Assembly (NCBI GenBank): GCA_965200245.1
Contig: CBDATS010000015.1
Coordinates: 128,001 to 192,000 of the forward strand
DNA: 64,000 bases
Direction of reading: 5' to 3'
Source of the DNA: a bacterium
GTDB lineage: Bacteria; UBA8248
Positions 10,673 through 21,366 of the stretch are shown piece by piece. Each line of letters begins with the position of its first letter. Within the stretch, counting starts at the first letter, position 1. The notes below the pieces were generated by a model that searched no databases, was not told the DNA's origin, and saw only the letters and a program-made list of their open reading frames with translations. Made by a program: the position numbers and the translations under genes.

Positions 10673-12022
10673 GTGAGTCAGGAATTGATCGCGGTTCTAA
10701 CGCAACTGGAACGTGAGCGAGGTGTCTCCAAAGACGTTTTACTCGATACCCTCAAGGTCGCGATGGCGTCAGCCGCGAAGAAACAATACGGTTTAGGCAA
10801 GAATGTGGATGTATCATTCGATGAACAAACAGGCGAAATCGGAGTCACAGTGGCGAAAGAAGTGGTCAGAATTATCCAGAATCCTCAAAGTGAGATTTTG
10901 TTACATGAAGCGCGCAAGGAAAATCCTGATATCCAGGTCGGAGACTTTCTTTCACAGGGCGTCGAAACCGAGGGGCTGGGCAGAATCGCCGCGCAAATTG
11001 CAAAACAAGTGATTTGGCAGCGGGTTCGTGAAGCGGAGCGTGTGAACATTTACCAGGAATTCAAGGAACGGGAAGGGGATTTGATAACGGGGTCTGTCTC
11101 GCAGGTAGAACGCGGCAATATCTATGTTGATATTGGGCGTACTGAGGCGATCCTCCCTCGACGGGAGCAGATTTTCAGGGAAGTCTATATGCGTGGAGAT
11201 CGCATCCGTGCTTATATCATGGAAGTGCGTGAAATCACGAAAGGGCCCCAAATTGTTCTCAGCAGGACACATCCCGGTTTGTTGATCCGTCTTTTTGAGA
11301 TGGAAGTGCCCGAAATTTACGACGGTATCGTTGCCATAAAAGGTTGTGTCCGAGAACCCAGTGGACGTTCAAAAGTATCAGTTGTAAGCCATGAACGAGA
11401 CATAGATCCCGTAGGGGCATGCGTGGGGACACGAGGCAGCCGTGTGCAATCGATTGTGCAAGAACTTAGGGGTGAGAAAATCGACATCATCTCCTGGAGT
11501 GACGACATACGCACTTATGCGGCAAACGCGCTTAGCCCTGCGAAGATACAGCATATCATTCTGATTGAAGATGAAGGCCGGATGGAAGTATTGGTGCCTG
11601 ACAATCAGCTTTCTCTGGCGATTGGGAAAGGCGGTCAAAATGTTCGCTTGGCAGCTAAACTCCTGGGCTGGAAAATTGATTTGAAAGGTGAGGGCGAGTA
11701 TAGACGACTTATCGCGGAGCAGGCGTTTTCGAGTGATGAGTCCCAGGAAAACATCTCTGACTTGGAAAAACAAGATGATAGTATTCTGCCAACGGAAAAT
11801 GTTGGGGATTCTTCCAGCGAACTGGTGCAACTAGAGCTTGTTGGTGAGAAGATGGCTCGCCTGCTGGCCGATAATGGGTTTTCTGCAATTGCGGCGATTA
11901 AATCGGCCTCGACGGAAGAATTGTGTGAGGTCCCCGGGATTGGTCCCAAACGTGCCGAACTGTTGATAGATGCTGCTCGGTCGTATGAAAAACCTGCTGG
12001 TACGGAATCTCATGAGGAATAA
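10673..12022 (+). CDS. nusA: Transcription termination/antitermination factor NusA
   Basis: GRIAAQIAKQVI, S1 and KH domains (DPVGACVGTRGSRV, LSLAIGKGGQNVRLA), C-terminal HhH. Confidence 0.98.
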   Translation: MSQELIAVLTQLERERGVSKDVLLDTLKVAMASAAKKQYGLGKNVDVSFDEQTGEIGVTVAKEVVRIIQNPQSEILLHEARKENPDIQVGDFLSQGVETEGLGRIAAQIAKQVIWQRVREAERVNIYQEFKEREGDLITGSVSQVERGNIYVDIGRTEAILPRREQIFREVYMRGDRIRAYIMEVREITKGPQIVLSRTHPGLLIRLFEMEVPEIYDGIVAIKGCVREPSGRSKVSVVSHERDIDPVGACVGTRGSRVQSIVQELRGEKIDIISWSDDIRTYAANALSPAKIQHIILIEDEGRMEVLVPDNQLSLAIGKGGQNVRLAAKLLGWKIDLKGEGEYRRLIAEQAFSSDESQENISDLEKQDDSILPTENVGDSSSELVQLELVGEKMARLLADNGFSAIAAIKSASTEELCEVPGIGPKRAELLIDAARSYEKPAGTESHEE

Positions 12023-12037
12023 TGAAGGAATAAGTGT

Positions 12038-12601
12038 TTGCCGGAGAGAACATGCATAGTTTGTCGGAATAAGGGAAATGCGAATAATTTTTTTCGAATG
12101 GTAATCTGCCCAAACGGGAAAATTATTTGCGAACTGGGAAGAAAATTACCGGGGAGAGGAGCTCATTGCTGTTTCGACATGAGTTGCATTTCAAGGCTGG
12201 TTTCCTCGAATCGCTTGGAAGTTGCACTGAAAACCAGGGGTTTTACTTTCGATTTGGAGCAATTGATTCAAAATGTGAGGATGCTGCTTAGACAAAACCT
12301 CAAGGGCATGTTGGCAGCTTCTAATCGAAAGTGTGTGCTTTCTTGTGGGAGAGAAGCGGTTTTCGAAAGGATGAAACTCTCGAAAACAGGGAAGCTGTTC
12401 GTTTCCAAGGACTTATCACCAAAAAGTTTAGTGAAGTTGAAACGCGCGTCGGAAGAATATTATGTTTTGCCTTTTGCTATGAATGAACTTGGAGTATTTT
12501 TGAATCGAAAGCCGATTGGCGTGCTGTTTATTGATGAATCTCTTCTTGTAGATAGCATCTGCTTGCGCTTGATCCAGGAAAGGGCAGTTAGTAATTGCTG
12601 A
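12038..12601 (+). CDS. ylxR: YlxR/DUF448 domain fused to an L7Ae-like domain
   Basis: PERTCIVCR...GRGAHCC N-terminus, L7Ae-like C-terminal half (ELGVFLNRKPIGVL), conserved position between nusA and infB. Confidence 0.8.
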   Translation: MPERTCIVCRNKGNANNFFRMVICPNGKIICELGRKLPGRGAHCCFDMSCISRLVSSNRLEVALKTRGFTFDLEQLIQNVRMLLRQNLKGMLAASNRKCVLSCGREAVFERMKLSKTGKLFVSKDLSPKSLVKLKRASEEYYVLPFAMNELGVFLNRKPIGVLFIDESLLVDSICLRLIQERAVSNC

Positions 12602-12680
12602 AGCAAGATATGTATCAGGTTTCATGTTGGGTTTGTTATTGATTGCGACGCGGATGTGAAGAATCTGCGGTGGAGGCTTT

Positions 12681-14939
12681 ATGGCAAGCGTACGAGTATA
12701 CCAACTGGCTAAAGATCTTGGATATGACAGCAGAGCGTTTGTAGAGGAATTGGCCAGGGAAGGAATCGTAGTTAAAAGCCATATGAGCACTGTGGATGAT
12801 GAAACGGCAGAATTAATTATGGCTCTTTTTTCTCAAGAAGCACTCCAGGAGGAAAAAGAGTCTCCACCAAGAAAGCCTGAAGAGAAGGTTTCAACAAAGT
12901 CAAAATATGAAAAGCCTGAAAAAACAACGGATTCGGACTTAAAAGACATAGAATTCCATGAAGAATCAACGGATACTCCTGCCGTTCAGGAAGCAGCAAC
13001 CGAGGTTGTTGTCCCCCCTCAAGATACTGCCGTCGCCGAGAAACCAGACGCTAGCGAAGAAAAGGACAAGGTCGAAAAACGAGAAGTTTTAGATGAAACG
13101 GGATTATCATCAAAGGATAAAGTGGTCATATCACCGCCGACTCCAGAAGTTGCACCAGATGCCGGTATTGAAAGGCCCTCTCGCCGCCATGGCGGGCGCG
13201 TACGTATTGCGGAAACGATAACAGTCAAAGAACTTGCTGACAAAATTAACGTGAAGGCGACAGAAATAATCAAGGAATTGATGAAAAAAGGCCAGATGAC
13301 GACAATCAATCAAATGATCGATCACAATACGGCCACGAATATATCCGAAACCTTCGGCTATGAGGTTGAAATATCGAAGGACAATATTGAGGGTTTGCTG
13401 ATTCAGGAAGATGATAATGAAGAAGACCTTCGGCTCCGGGCTCCTGTCATAACAATCATGGGTCATGTTGATCATGGAAAAACGAGGCTTCTTGATGCCA
13501 TTCGCAAAGCAAATGTGATGGAAGGCGAAGCAGGTGGAATTACCCAACACATTGGCGCCTACAGAGTAACTACGGACAGGGGAACGGCCGTATTTTTGGA
13601 TACTCCGGGGCACGAAGCCTTTACAGCAATGAGAGCGCGGGGAGCGCAAGTGACGGATTTGGTAATCATCGTTGTAGCTGCGAATGAAGGAGTTATGCCC
13701 CAGACTCGAGAGGCAATCGATCACGCGAAAGCTGCCGGGGTTCCGATTATGGTGGCGATGAATAAAATAGACTTGGCAGACGCAAATCCAGACAGGGTAA
13801 AACAACAACTCTCGATTTTGGATTTAATCCCGGAAAATTGGGGTGGAGATACGGTTTATTCTGAGGTTTCGGCAAAAGAGAATATCGGAATTGATGACCT
13901 CTTGGACCTTGCCATTCTGCAGGCTGAACTCATGGAATTGAAAGCGAATCCGAACCGACTCGCCAGCGGTGTCGTTGTGGAAGCCAAGCTGGATAAGGGG
14001 CGCGGGCCGGTTGCTACGGTTTTGGTACAACGCGGCACTTTGAATGTGAGTGATAACTTCGTGGCTGGTAAATGGAGTGGCAAGGTTCGCGCACTTCTGG
14101 ATGATCAGGGGCGCAAGTTGAAATTGGCCGGGCCATCTACACCGGTAGAAATTTTGGGATTCGCCGGTGTTCCGGAAGCGGGCGATACATTCACTGTTTT
14201 GGAAGATGAAAAAACGGCGAGGGAGATAAGCGCCAAACGACAACAACGTGAACGCTTGGCAGCTCTTATGGCTTCCGCGCGTGTTTCTTTGGAAAGCTTC
14301 ATGGAAAGTGTTGAAGAAGGCCAGGTCAAAGAGTTGAGCCTGATCTTGAAAGCAGATGTGCAAGGTAGCATAGAGGCGTTAAAGGAATCCTTGGGCAAAC
14401 TAGGGAATGAAGAAGTGGGGGTGAGGGTTCTACATAGTGCGGTAGGAGGAATTACTGAAACTGACGTAATGCTCGCTGCTGCTTCGGCGGCCGTTATCGT
14501 GGGTTTTAATGTTCGCCCAACGCCGGGGGCCAGAGACGTCGCGAAAAATGAAAAAGTAGACATTCGGTTATATTCGATTATCTATGACGCGATAGATGAA
14601 ATCAAATCGGCCCTGGAGGGTATCCTCGAACCCGTCCAGCGAGAAATTGTGCGTGGGCACGCGGAAATCCGGGAACTATTCCATGTTCCCAATGTAGGGG
14701 CGATAGCAGGTTGTTACGTCACCGATGGAAACATCCACAGAAATTCGAGCGCGCGCCTTATCCGGGATAATGTAGTTATATACACAGGCAGAATCTCGTC
14801 TTTGAGACGATTCAAGGATGATGTGAATGAAGTCCAGTCTGGTTATGAGTGTGGAATCGGGATTGAGAATTATAATGACATCAAGCTAGGTGACATAATC
14901 GAACCATATGTTACGGAAGAAGTGTCCCGGACGCTTTAG
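12681..14939 (+). CDS. infB: Translation initiation factor IF-2
   Basis: VRVYQLAK N-terminus, [20 protein letters not shown] and [10 protein letters not shown]. Confidence 0.99.
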   Translation: MASVRVYQLAKDLGYDSRAFVEELAREGIVVKSHMSTVDDETAELIMALFSQEALQEEKESPPRKPEEKVSTKSKYEKPEKTTDSDLKDIEFHEESTDTPAVQEAATEVVVPPQDTAVAEKPDASEEKDKVEKREVLDETGLSSKDKVVISPPTPEVAPDAGIERPSRRHGGRVRIAETITVKELADKINVKATEIIKELMKKGQMTTINQMIDHNTATNISETFGYEVEISKDNIEGLLIQEDDNEEDLRLRAPVITIMGHVDHGKTRLLDAIRKANVMEGEAGGITQHIGAYRVTTDRGTAVFLDTPGHEAFTAMRARGAQVTDLVIIVVAANEGVMPQTREAIDHAKAAGVPIMVAMNKIDLADANPDRVKQQLSILDLIPENWGGDTVYSEVSAKENIGIDDLLDLAILQAELMELKANPNRLASGVVVEAKLDKGRGPVATVLVQRGTLNVSDNFVAGKWSGKVRALLDDQGRKLKLAGPSTPVEILGFAGVPEAGDTFTVLEDEKTAREISAKRQQRERLAALMASARVSLESFMESVEEGQVKELSLILKADVQGSIEALKESLGKLGNEEVGVRVLHSAVGGITETDVMLAAASAAVIVGFNVRPTPGARDVAKNEKVDIRLYSIIYDAIDEIKSALEGILEPVQREIVRGHAEIRELFHVPNVGAIAGCYVTDGNIHRNSSARLIRDNVVIYTGRISSLRRFKDDVNEVQSGYECGIGIENYNDIKLGDIIEPYVTEEVSRTL

Positions 14940-14972
14940 GTTGTTTTGTTACGTCATTGATATCTTTCCTCC

Positions 14973-15257
14973 ATGCCTTTTGTTGGTCTTTTGAAAATTG
15001 ATGTTCAGATTCCTGAATGCCACTCACTGAAGGCAAAACGTAAAATTGTTCAGTCTATCACTACACGCTTGCGTCAAAGGTTTAACGTATCTGTCGCTGA
15101 GGTCGATTTCCAGGATAAGTGGCAGAGGTGTCTTATCGGTGTGAGTTTTGTGAGTAATGATCGTCGATTTGTGGATAGCCAGCTCAGAAAAGTGCTTGAT
15201 TTTCTTGAGGGACTGGGCTTAAGCATAACATTGGATTTTTATATTGAGATTTTTTGA
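14973..15257 (+). CDS. ylxP: DUF503 (YlxP) family protein
   Basis: HSLKAKR...FNVSVAEVD.QDKWQR; conserved position between infB and rbfA. Confidence 0.9.
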   Translation: MPFVGLLKIDVQIPECHSLKAKRKIVQSITTRLRQRFNVSVAEVDFQDKWQRCLIGVSFVSNDRRFVDSQLRKVLDFLEGLGLSITLDFYIEIF

Positions 15258-15281
15258 AGTCTGTGGAGTGAAATTGTCAAT

Positions 15282-15635
15282 ATGAGCCATTCCCGAATGT
15301 TCCGTGTAGCAGAACTAATCCACTCAGAACTCGCGAATGTGATGATGAAAGAAGTGAAGGATCCACGTGTGCGACATGTTGTGATTACCCGGGTGGAGGT
15401 GGCCCCGGACTTGCGCATTGCGAAGGTTTACTTTAGCCGATACGGTGAAAATCAGGGAAATATCGAGGAGATGGAAGAAGGTTTTCAGGGCCTTGAGCGA
15501 GCAAGTGGATTCTTGCAAAGGAAACTTGCCGAACGTTTGCAATTGAAAAGCACGCCCAAGATAAAATTCTTCGTCGATCGGGGATTGGCATACAGTGCCG
15601 AAATCGAACGCTTGCTATCTGACGTGAGGAAATAA
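15282..15635 (+). CDS. rbfA: 30S ribosome-binding factor A
   Basis: RVAELI...VKDPRV...DLRIAKVY...TPKIKFFVD. Confidence 0.96.
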   Translation: MSHSRMFRVAELIHSELANVMMKEVKDPRVRHVVITRVEVAPDLRIAKVYFSRYGENQGNIEEMEEGFQGLERASGFLQRKLAERLQLKSTPKIKFFVDRGLAYSAEIERLLSDVRK

Positions 15636-15655
15636 GTTCGAGGAAGGATCAAATT

Positions 15656-16582
15656 TTGGAACTATCGGGCGTTTTGAATCTGAAGAAAAAGCATGGTCCC
15701 ACCTCACATGACATGGTTCATGCTGTGAGAACACTGCTTCCTGGAAAAGAAAAAGTGGGCCATGCAGGCACGCTTGATCCTTTGGCCGAAGGAGTGTTGC
15801 CGATTTGTATTGGTCATTCGACGAAATTGTTCTCATATTTTTTGGACTGCAAGAAATCGTACCAAGCTGTAATGTTGTTTGGGCGAGTGACGGATACCCA
15901 GGATATAACGGGAAAATTGCTGGCCGAAACTGAGCCGGGAGACATCTCGCTTTCTCAAGCCCAAGAGCTTCTGAATGCGTTTTTGGGAAAGACAGAGCAG
16001 ATGCCGCCAATGTATTCTGCATTAAAGACGAATGGCAAGCGGCTGCATGAACTGGCCCGCTCTGGCCAACAGGTTGAAAGAGAAAAACGGCTCATTGAGA
16101 TATATGGGATCAAGGCAATTGGAATAGATGGACCACAACTTAGCTTTGCTGTCACATGCTCCCGAGGCACATATATTCGATCTATTTGCCATGACGTCGG
16201 TGCAAATCAAGGGTCCGGTGGATGTTTGCAAGCGCTTACGCGTACCGCTTTGGGGCCATTCGATCTCTTGGATTCGGTTACTATTGAGGAGGTCGCACAT
16301 TACTCGAAAGAAAGACGCCTTCGAGAGATTCTGATGAGTCCGGCGCAGGCGCTCGCACATTTGCCTGCCATATATGTACGTCCGAGAGCGGAAGTGCGGG
16401 TATTGAATGGCGCTATGATTAGAATAGAGGATGTCCACCAAGTTCTTGATTTGCCGGTGGATACCCGTGTGCGAATGCTCAATGAACCGGGAGAGTTATT
16501 GGGAGTCGGAAAGATGATCGATGAAAATAAGCGCAAACTAAATCAGGGGTTTGTGGCGCCTGAAAAGGTATTTGTCACCTAG
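15656..16582 (+). CDS. truB: tRNA pseudouridine(55) synthase
   Basis: KVGHAGTLDPLAEG, PPMYSALK and CSRGTYIRS motifs. Confidence 0.97.
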   Translation: MELSGVLNLKKKHGPTSHDMVHAVRTLLPGKEKVGHAGTLDPLAEGVLPICIGHSTKLFSYFLDCKKSYQAVMLFGRVTDTQDITGKLLAETEPGDISLSQAQELLNAFLGKTEQMPPMYSALKTNGKRLHELARSGQQVEREKRLIEIYGIKAIGIDGPQLSFAVTCSRGTYIRSICHDVGANQGSGGCLQALTRTALGPFDLLDSVTIEEVAHYSKERRLREILMSPAQALAHLPAIYVRPRAEVRVLNGAMIRIEDVHQVLDLPVDTRVRMLNEPGELLGVGKMIDENKRKLNQGFVAPEKVFVT

Positions 16583-16612
16583 AATGAAGCGAGAATATGC
16601 ACTTGCACTATA

Positions 16613-16641
16613 TTTACATGGATTAAAAAGTCGTATAAAAT
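16613..16641 (+). promoter_or_regulatory. Sigma70-type promoter for rpsO-pnp
   Basis: TTTACA (16613-16618), 17 nt spacer, TAAAAT (16636-16641). Confidence 0.55.
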
Positions 16642-16720
16642 CCGCCCGTTTTTCTAATTAATGGGCAAATCGTGCTCAGTTGGGTAGAATAACCTATTTG
16701 TAGTGGAGGAAGTGACGGAA

Positions 16721-16990
16721 ATGCCCCTAGCGAAGGAGCGAAAATCTGAAGTTATCGAAAAATTTCGCACACATGACACCGATACTGGTTCACCAGAAGT
16801 TCAGGTAGCTATCCTTACCGAGCGTATTTCCTACCTCACCGACCATTTCAAGACCCACAAGAAAGATCATCATTCTCGAAGAGGTTTATTGAAACTCGTG
16901 GGTCAACGGCGTCGTCTCCTGGATTATTTGAGAGATAAGGACATCCACCGCTACCGCACGATTATTCAGGATCTCGGCCTGCGTCGCTAG
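16721..16990 (+). CDS. rpsO: 30S ribosomal protein S15
   Basis: [13 protein letters not shown]...[21 protein letters not shown]. Confidence 0.99.
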   Translation: MPLAKERKSEVIEKFRTHDTDTGSPEVQVAILTERISYLTDHFKTHKKDHHSRRGLLKLVGQRRRLLDYLRDKDIHRYRTIIQDLGLRR

Positions 16991-17022
16991 ATGTGGGTTT
17001 CGCCCCAGAGGGAAGTTATCTA

Positions 17023-19158
17023 ATGCCACCGTATCGTAAAGACATGTCTATCAATGGTTATACACTTGCTTTTGAAACAGGTGAGATAGCCAAGCAAGCC
17101 AGTGGCGCTGTCATGATGCATTATGGTGAAACCAGTGTTCTGTGCACGGCTTGCGCCTCGCATTCCCCCCGTGAGGGAGTGGATTTTTTCCCACTAACTG
17201 TCGATTACCGAGAATTTTTCTACGCGGCAGGAATCATCCCGGGAAATTTTTTTCGGCGCGAAGCCAAACCTGGCGAGAGAGAAACACTGACCTGCCGATT
17301 AATTGATAGGCCGATCCGTCCCCTTTTCCCCAAGGAATTTCGTTGTGAGACGATGATCCAGGTCATGGTCATGTCTTATGACAAATTGAACGATTCCGAC
17401 ATTCTGGCAATCAATGGAACCTCAGCCGCTCTCCACATTTCAGATATCCCTTTTGCCGGCCCTGTCGGTGCTGTCCGCGTCGGACGCCTTGAAGGTGAAA
17501 TTATCGTCAACCCAACGATCGAACAGCAAATTGACAGCGATCTGAACTGTGTGATGGCTGGAACATCAGACGCGATAGTGATGGTGGAAGCAGGCAGTTT
17601 TGAAGTTTCTGAAGATGTGTACATGGAAGCGTTTGAGAAAGGCCATGCTGTAATCAAGGAATTATGCGCCTTGCAAAATGAACTCAGGGTCGAATGTGGA
17701 AAACCCAAACGAGTCGTCGAGGCTGAAGAAGAAGATGCAGAATTGTTGGGCAAAGTGCGTGAAATTGTTGTGCCTAGATTAGAGGCAGCAGCTGAAATAC
17801 ACGATAAAGAGGGGCAATATGGCGCAATAGATGAGGCGAAAGCTGCTGCACTCGATTCTCTTTGCGCAGAGGAGGAAGGATCTCCTGCGAAAGGGGTCGT
17901 TTCTGATTATTTCAGCAAGATCGAAAAAGAGGTTTTCCGAGGTCTGATCCTGGATGAAGGAAAACGTTCAGACGGGCGGGGGCTTCGTGATGTCAGGCCG
18001 ATAACCATTAGAATGTCTCCACTGGCCAGGCCCCATGGCAGTGCATTGTTCACACGGGGTGAGACCCAGGCATTGGTGACTGTAACGCTAGGCACTGCTT
18101 CAGAAGCGCAGTTGATAGACACATTGGATGGCAAAGCCGACAGGACATTTTTGCTTCACTACAATTTCCCCGGATTTAGTGTTGGCGAAGCGAAACCGAA
18201 CCGTGGTCCCGGACGCCGCGAAATAGGCCACGGCGCTTTGGCTTCTCGGGCCGTCCAGGCGATTTTGCCTGAACAGGAAGAGTTTCCTTACGTGATCCGC
18301 GTGGTTTCGGATATCACGGAAAGCAACGGCAGTTCATCCATGGCGAGTATCTGCGGAGCTAGTTTGGCCTTGATGAATGCAGGAGTACCGATCACATCCC
18401 CGGTGGCCGGTATTGCCATGGGTTTGATTAGCGAAGAATCAACTGGAAGAACTGCAATACTTACCGATATCCTCGGATTGGAAGATCATTTGGGAGATAT
18501 GGATTTTAAGGTCGGTGGTACTCGTCATGGCATTACCGCCCTTCAGATGGATATCAAGATCAAAGGGTTGCAATTAGGTCTCGTAAGAGAGGCCTTGGCG
18601 CAGGCGAAAGACGCTCGAATGCATGTGCTTGATCAAATGGACAAGGTCATTTCCCAGCCAAGCGAGGAGATTTCACCTTATGCGCCGAGGATAATGACGA
18701 TGCAGGTTTCCAAGGACCGCGTGAGAGACGTGATAGGGCCGGGCGGGAAGGTGATTCGTGGAATTGTCGAGGAAACAGGTGCGGATGTAGATATTGAGGA
18801 TGACGGAACCATATTCATTTCATCTACGGAAGAGGCGGCTGCACTCAGGGCGATGGAGATAATTCGTGAACTTACTCAGGAAGCTGAGAAGGGAACGATT
18901 TACTACGGAACTGTCAGAAAAATCATGGATTTTGGAGCATTTATCGAAATATTCCCGGGAACGGATGGGCTTTGCCATATCAGCATGATCGCGAAGAAGA
19001 GAATTGGTTCAGCAAGTGACGTTCTGAAAGAAGGCCAGAAGGTTTTGGTAAAATGTATGGAAGTGGAAGGTAATGGGAGGATTCGGCTATCCATGAAAGA
19101 TGTGATAGAAGAAGAGTTGCCTGAAGAATGGAAACAATTCTATGCACCTGTGACTTGA
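17023..19158 (+). CDS. pnp: Polyribonucleotide nucleotidyltransferase (PNPase)
   Basis: DFFPLTVDY, RREIGHG, ESNGSSSMA and GDMDFKV motifs; KH and S1 domains. Confidence 0.99.
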   Translation: MPPYRKDMSINGYTLAFETGEIAKQASGAVMMHYGETSVLCTACASHSPREGVDFFPLTVDYREFFYAAGIIPGNFFRREAKPGERETLTCRLIDRPIRPLFPKEFRCETMIQVMVMSYDKLNDSDILAINGTSAALHISDIPFAGPVGAVRVGRLEGEIIVNPTIEQQIDSDLNCVMAGTSDAIVMVEAGSFEVSEDVYMEAFEKGHAVIKELCALQNELRVECGKPKRVVEAEEEDAELLGKVREIVVPRLEAAAEIHDKEGQYGAIDEAKAAALDSLCAEEEGSPAKGVVSDYFSKIEKEVFRGLILDEGKRSDGRGLRDVRPITIRMSPLARPHGSALFTRGETQALVTVTLGTASEAQLIDTLDGKADRTFLLHYNFPGFSVGEAKPNRGPGRREIGHGALASRAVQAILPEQEEFPYVIRVVSDITESNGSSSMASICGASLALMNAGVPITSPVAGIAMGLISEESTGRTAILTDILGLEDHLGDMDFKVGGTRHGITALQMDIKIKGLQLGLVREALAQAKDARMHVLDQMDKVISQPSEEISPYAPRIMTMQVSKDRVRDVIGPGGKVIRGIVEETGADVDIEDDGTIFISSTEEAAALRAMEIIRELTQEAEKGTIYYGTVRKIMDFGAFIEIFPGTDGLCHISMIAKKRIGSASDVLKEGQKVLVKCMEVEGNGRIRLSMKDVIEEELPEEWKQFYAPVT

Positions 19159-19181
19159 GAAAGTCAATTTTCGATGTGTGC

Positions 19182-19210
19182 GCCGGTCTCCCGGGAGGCC
19201 GGTTTTTCTT
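19182..19210 (+). terminator. Rho-independent terminator after pnp
   Basis: GCCGGTCTC-CCGG-GAGGCCGGT followed by TTTTCTT. Confidence 0.75.
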
Positions 19211-19291
19211 TGACTATAGAGCAGGTGGAGCGGCAAATCTATTGATGCCAATTGTCAGTAGTTACTTTTTCCGGAAATCCAGGGGGCGAAA

Positions 19292-20380
19292 ATGAACAGG
19301 AAATCTTTAGGTGTGGGTGTTGTGGGTTCCGGCAGAATAGGAACTTTGCGGGCGAATCTCGTTTCACGCCACCCATCTCTGGAGTTTTTGGCCGTCTCCG
19401 ACATCGATCAACATCGGGCGAAAGAATTGGGGTCTCAAGTTGACGCTCAACTCGCTACCGGCAGTAATGAAGAAGTTATTGAACACCCTGAAGTCACGAC
19501 AGTAATCGTGTCCACGCCCGAGCATGATCATGCCGATTCCATTATCCATGCCTTGGAATTAGGCAAACCCGTGTTGGTGGAAAAACCCATATCTCTGACT
19601 TTGGAGGATGCAGATCGCATACTCACAGTTGCTGAAAGGACGGGTACTGAACTCAGGGTAGGGTATGCCCAACGATTCAAACGTCGTTACCAGATGGCGA
19701 AAGAACAGATTGCCCAAGGAAGGCTGGGTGAAATTCTTGCCGGCACAGGCAGAACCTGCAACACCCGCGCCCAAGGACTACAGATACTGAAGCGCTCGCC
19801 TCACGCAACGCCCGTTCTCGATGTGCTCACGTATTGGGTGGATATGACCTGCTGGTTCTTGGAAGGTCATCGACCGGTTGAAGTGGTCGCCCGTGGAAAC
19901 GGGAAAATATATAAGGAACATGGTTATTCGGCGAACGACGTCACTTGGTCCATTGTTACGTTTGATAATGGAGCCGTGATGAATCTGGGTGTTTTTTATG
20001 CTTTGCCTGCAAAATATCCTGCTTTGGGACAGAGCGTGAGAATGGAGATTTATGGCACGGATGGCGTTTTAATGCTTGATGAAGACCACAAGGATGAGAT
20101 GCTGTACACCGATAAGGGAATTCCTCACACTTATATACCTGATCACCACATCAACACGGCATTTTTAAGCAGCACGACTCCAGGTGACTGGGCGGCGGGT
20201 GATTATTGGGGTCCGCTGGGTGATGAAACAAGAAGCTGGCTGGATCATGTCGTCAACGGGCGGCCAACTACGCACGCCACGGCTGAAGATGCGCGCCAAA
20301 CCCTGGAAGTGACGATAGCGATGGAATTGTCATCCCAAACGGGCGAGGCCGTGCGATTGCCATTGGGGGAAGGGCATTGA
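19292..20380 (+). CDS. Gfo/Idh/MocA family NAD(P)-dependent oxidoreductase
   Basis: VGVVGSGRIG Rossmann motif and VLVEKP motif. Confidence 0.88.
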   Translation: MNRKSLGVGVVGSGRIGTLRANLVSRHPSLEFLAVSDIDQHRAKELGSQVDAQLATGSNEEVIEHPEVTTVIVSTPEHDHADSIIHALELGKPVLVEKPISLTLEDADRILTVAERTGTELRVGYAQRFKRRYQMAKEQIAQGRLGEILAGTGRTCNTRAQGLQILKRSPHATPVLDVLTYWVDMTCWFLEGHRPVEVVARGNGKIYKEHGYSANDVTWSIVTFDNGAVMNLGVFYALPAKYPALGQSVRMEIYGTDGVLMLDEDHKDEMLYTDKGIPHTYIPDHHINTAFLSSTTPGDWAAGDYWGPLGDETRSWLDHVVNGRPTTHATAEDARQTLEVTIAMELSSQTGEAVRLPLGEGH

Positions 20381-20447
20381 AAGATTGTCACTTGCAACGA
20401 AAATGGCCCGAGGCTGTCGGGATATAGCCTGATTTGACATTCTTATT

Positions 20448-21263
20448 CTAGATGCGCATCAAGTCTTGTCCGAAAATAATCTTCCCATCAAAAAACCGCG
20501 TTACTTCTTCGATGGTTTTTTCTCTGGATGCCATGGGTGGCGTAAGATGAGACAATACAACTGTGTTTACATTCGCCTCTTTTGCCGTACGTCCAATTTC
20601 TTCTGTAGTCGCATGATGGCCAGCGATTATTTTCGCCATTTGCTCGGTTTGGTCTAGCATTTCCACTATAGATTCAGGAAGGCATGGATGCATCATCAAG
20701 ACATCCGCGTTTCTCGCGAATGAGGCGAGTTTTTCGTTTGGACTCCCGTCGCTTGCAATGACAATGCTTCTGCCTTCGGCTTCAAATCGATATGACAAGA
20801 TATCATCCACGTTTCCGTGCTCTGTGCATTTATCGGCGGAAACCCTCAGGTTTCCGATTTCAAACGATTCTCCCCTTGAAATGATGGTTGTCTGCAAGTC
20901 CAGACCCGCTCTTGGTTTGCCCTCTTTTGCGCGAAGTTCGATATCGTATTCATAGTAATGAAGCATACGTTCGACATGTTGTTCTACCGGAGTGGGACCA
21001 AAAACATGGAGTGTGTTCGATGCTCCAAATAACCAGCGCGTGATATAAAAATCCCCAAAACCGGTAAAATGGTCTGAATGAAAATGAGTGAATAACCGGT
21101 GGTTGACTGAGTGGATCTTGTATCCTGCAGACACGATTTGGCGGGGGACGTTCCTGCCGGCATCAATGAGATATAATCTGCCGCCAGATACAATTCCATT
21201 CGCGTGTCCGCTCGCTCCGGGATACGGTGGTGGTGAGCCTACTCCCAAGAGTATCAATTCCAT
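20448..21263 (-). CDS. Metallo-beta-lactamase fold hydrolase (RNase Z/arylsulfatase AtsA-like)
   Basis: MELILLGVGSP, LIDAG, THFHSDH (HxHxDH), H..TEEIG and VLSHL. Confidence 0.85.
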   Translation of the reverse strand: MELILLGVGSPPPYPGASGHANGIVSGGRLYLIDAGRNVPRQIVSAGYKIHSVNHRLFTHFHSDHFTGFGDFYITRWLFGASNTLHVFGPTPVEQHVERMLHYYEYDIELRAKEGKPRAGLDLQTTIISRGESFEIGNLRVSADKCTEHGNVDDILSYRFEAEGRSIVIASDGSPNEKLASFARNADVLMMHPCLPESIVEMLDQTEQMAKIIAGHHATTEEIGRTAKEANVNTVVLSHLTPPMASREKTIEEVTRFFDGKIIFGQDLMRI

Positions 21264-21319
21264 ATTGTGGGCCTTCAAGAACCAAGGGAAGAAAACCAGA
21301 ACCGAATGGAATCCCGAAT

Positions 21320-21360
21320 GCAAACCGGGCCCGACCGATGTTGATGGCGGGCCCGGTTGC
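21320..21360. terminator. GC-rich hairpin downstream of the TAXI gene
   Basis: AACCGGGCCCG...CGGGCCCGGTT inverted repeat just after the stop codon. Confidence 0.5.
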
Positions 21361-21366
21361 GTAAAT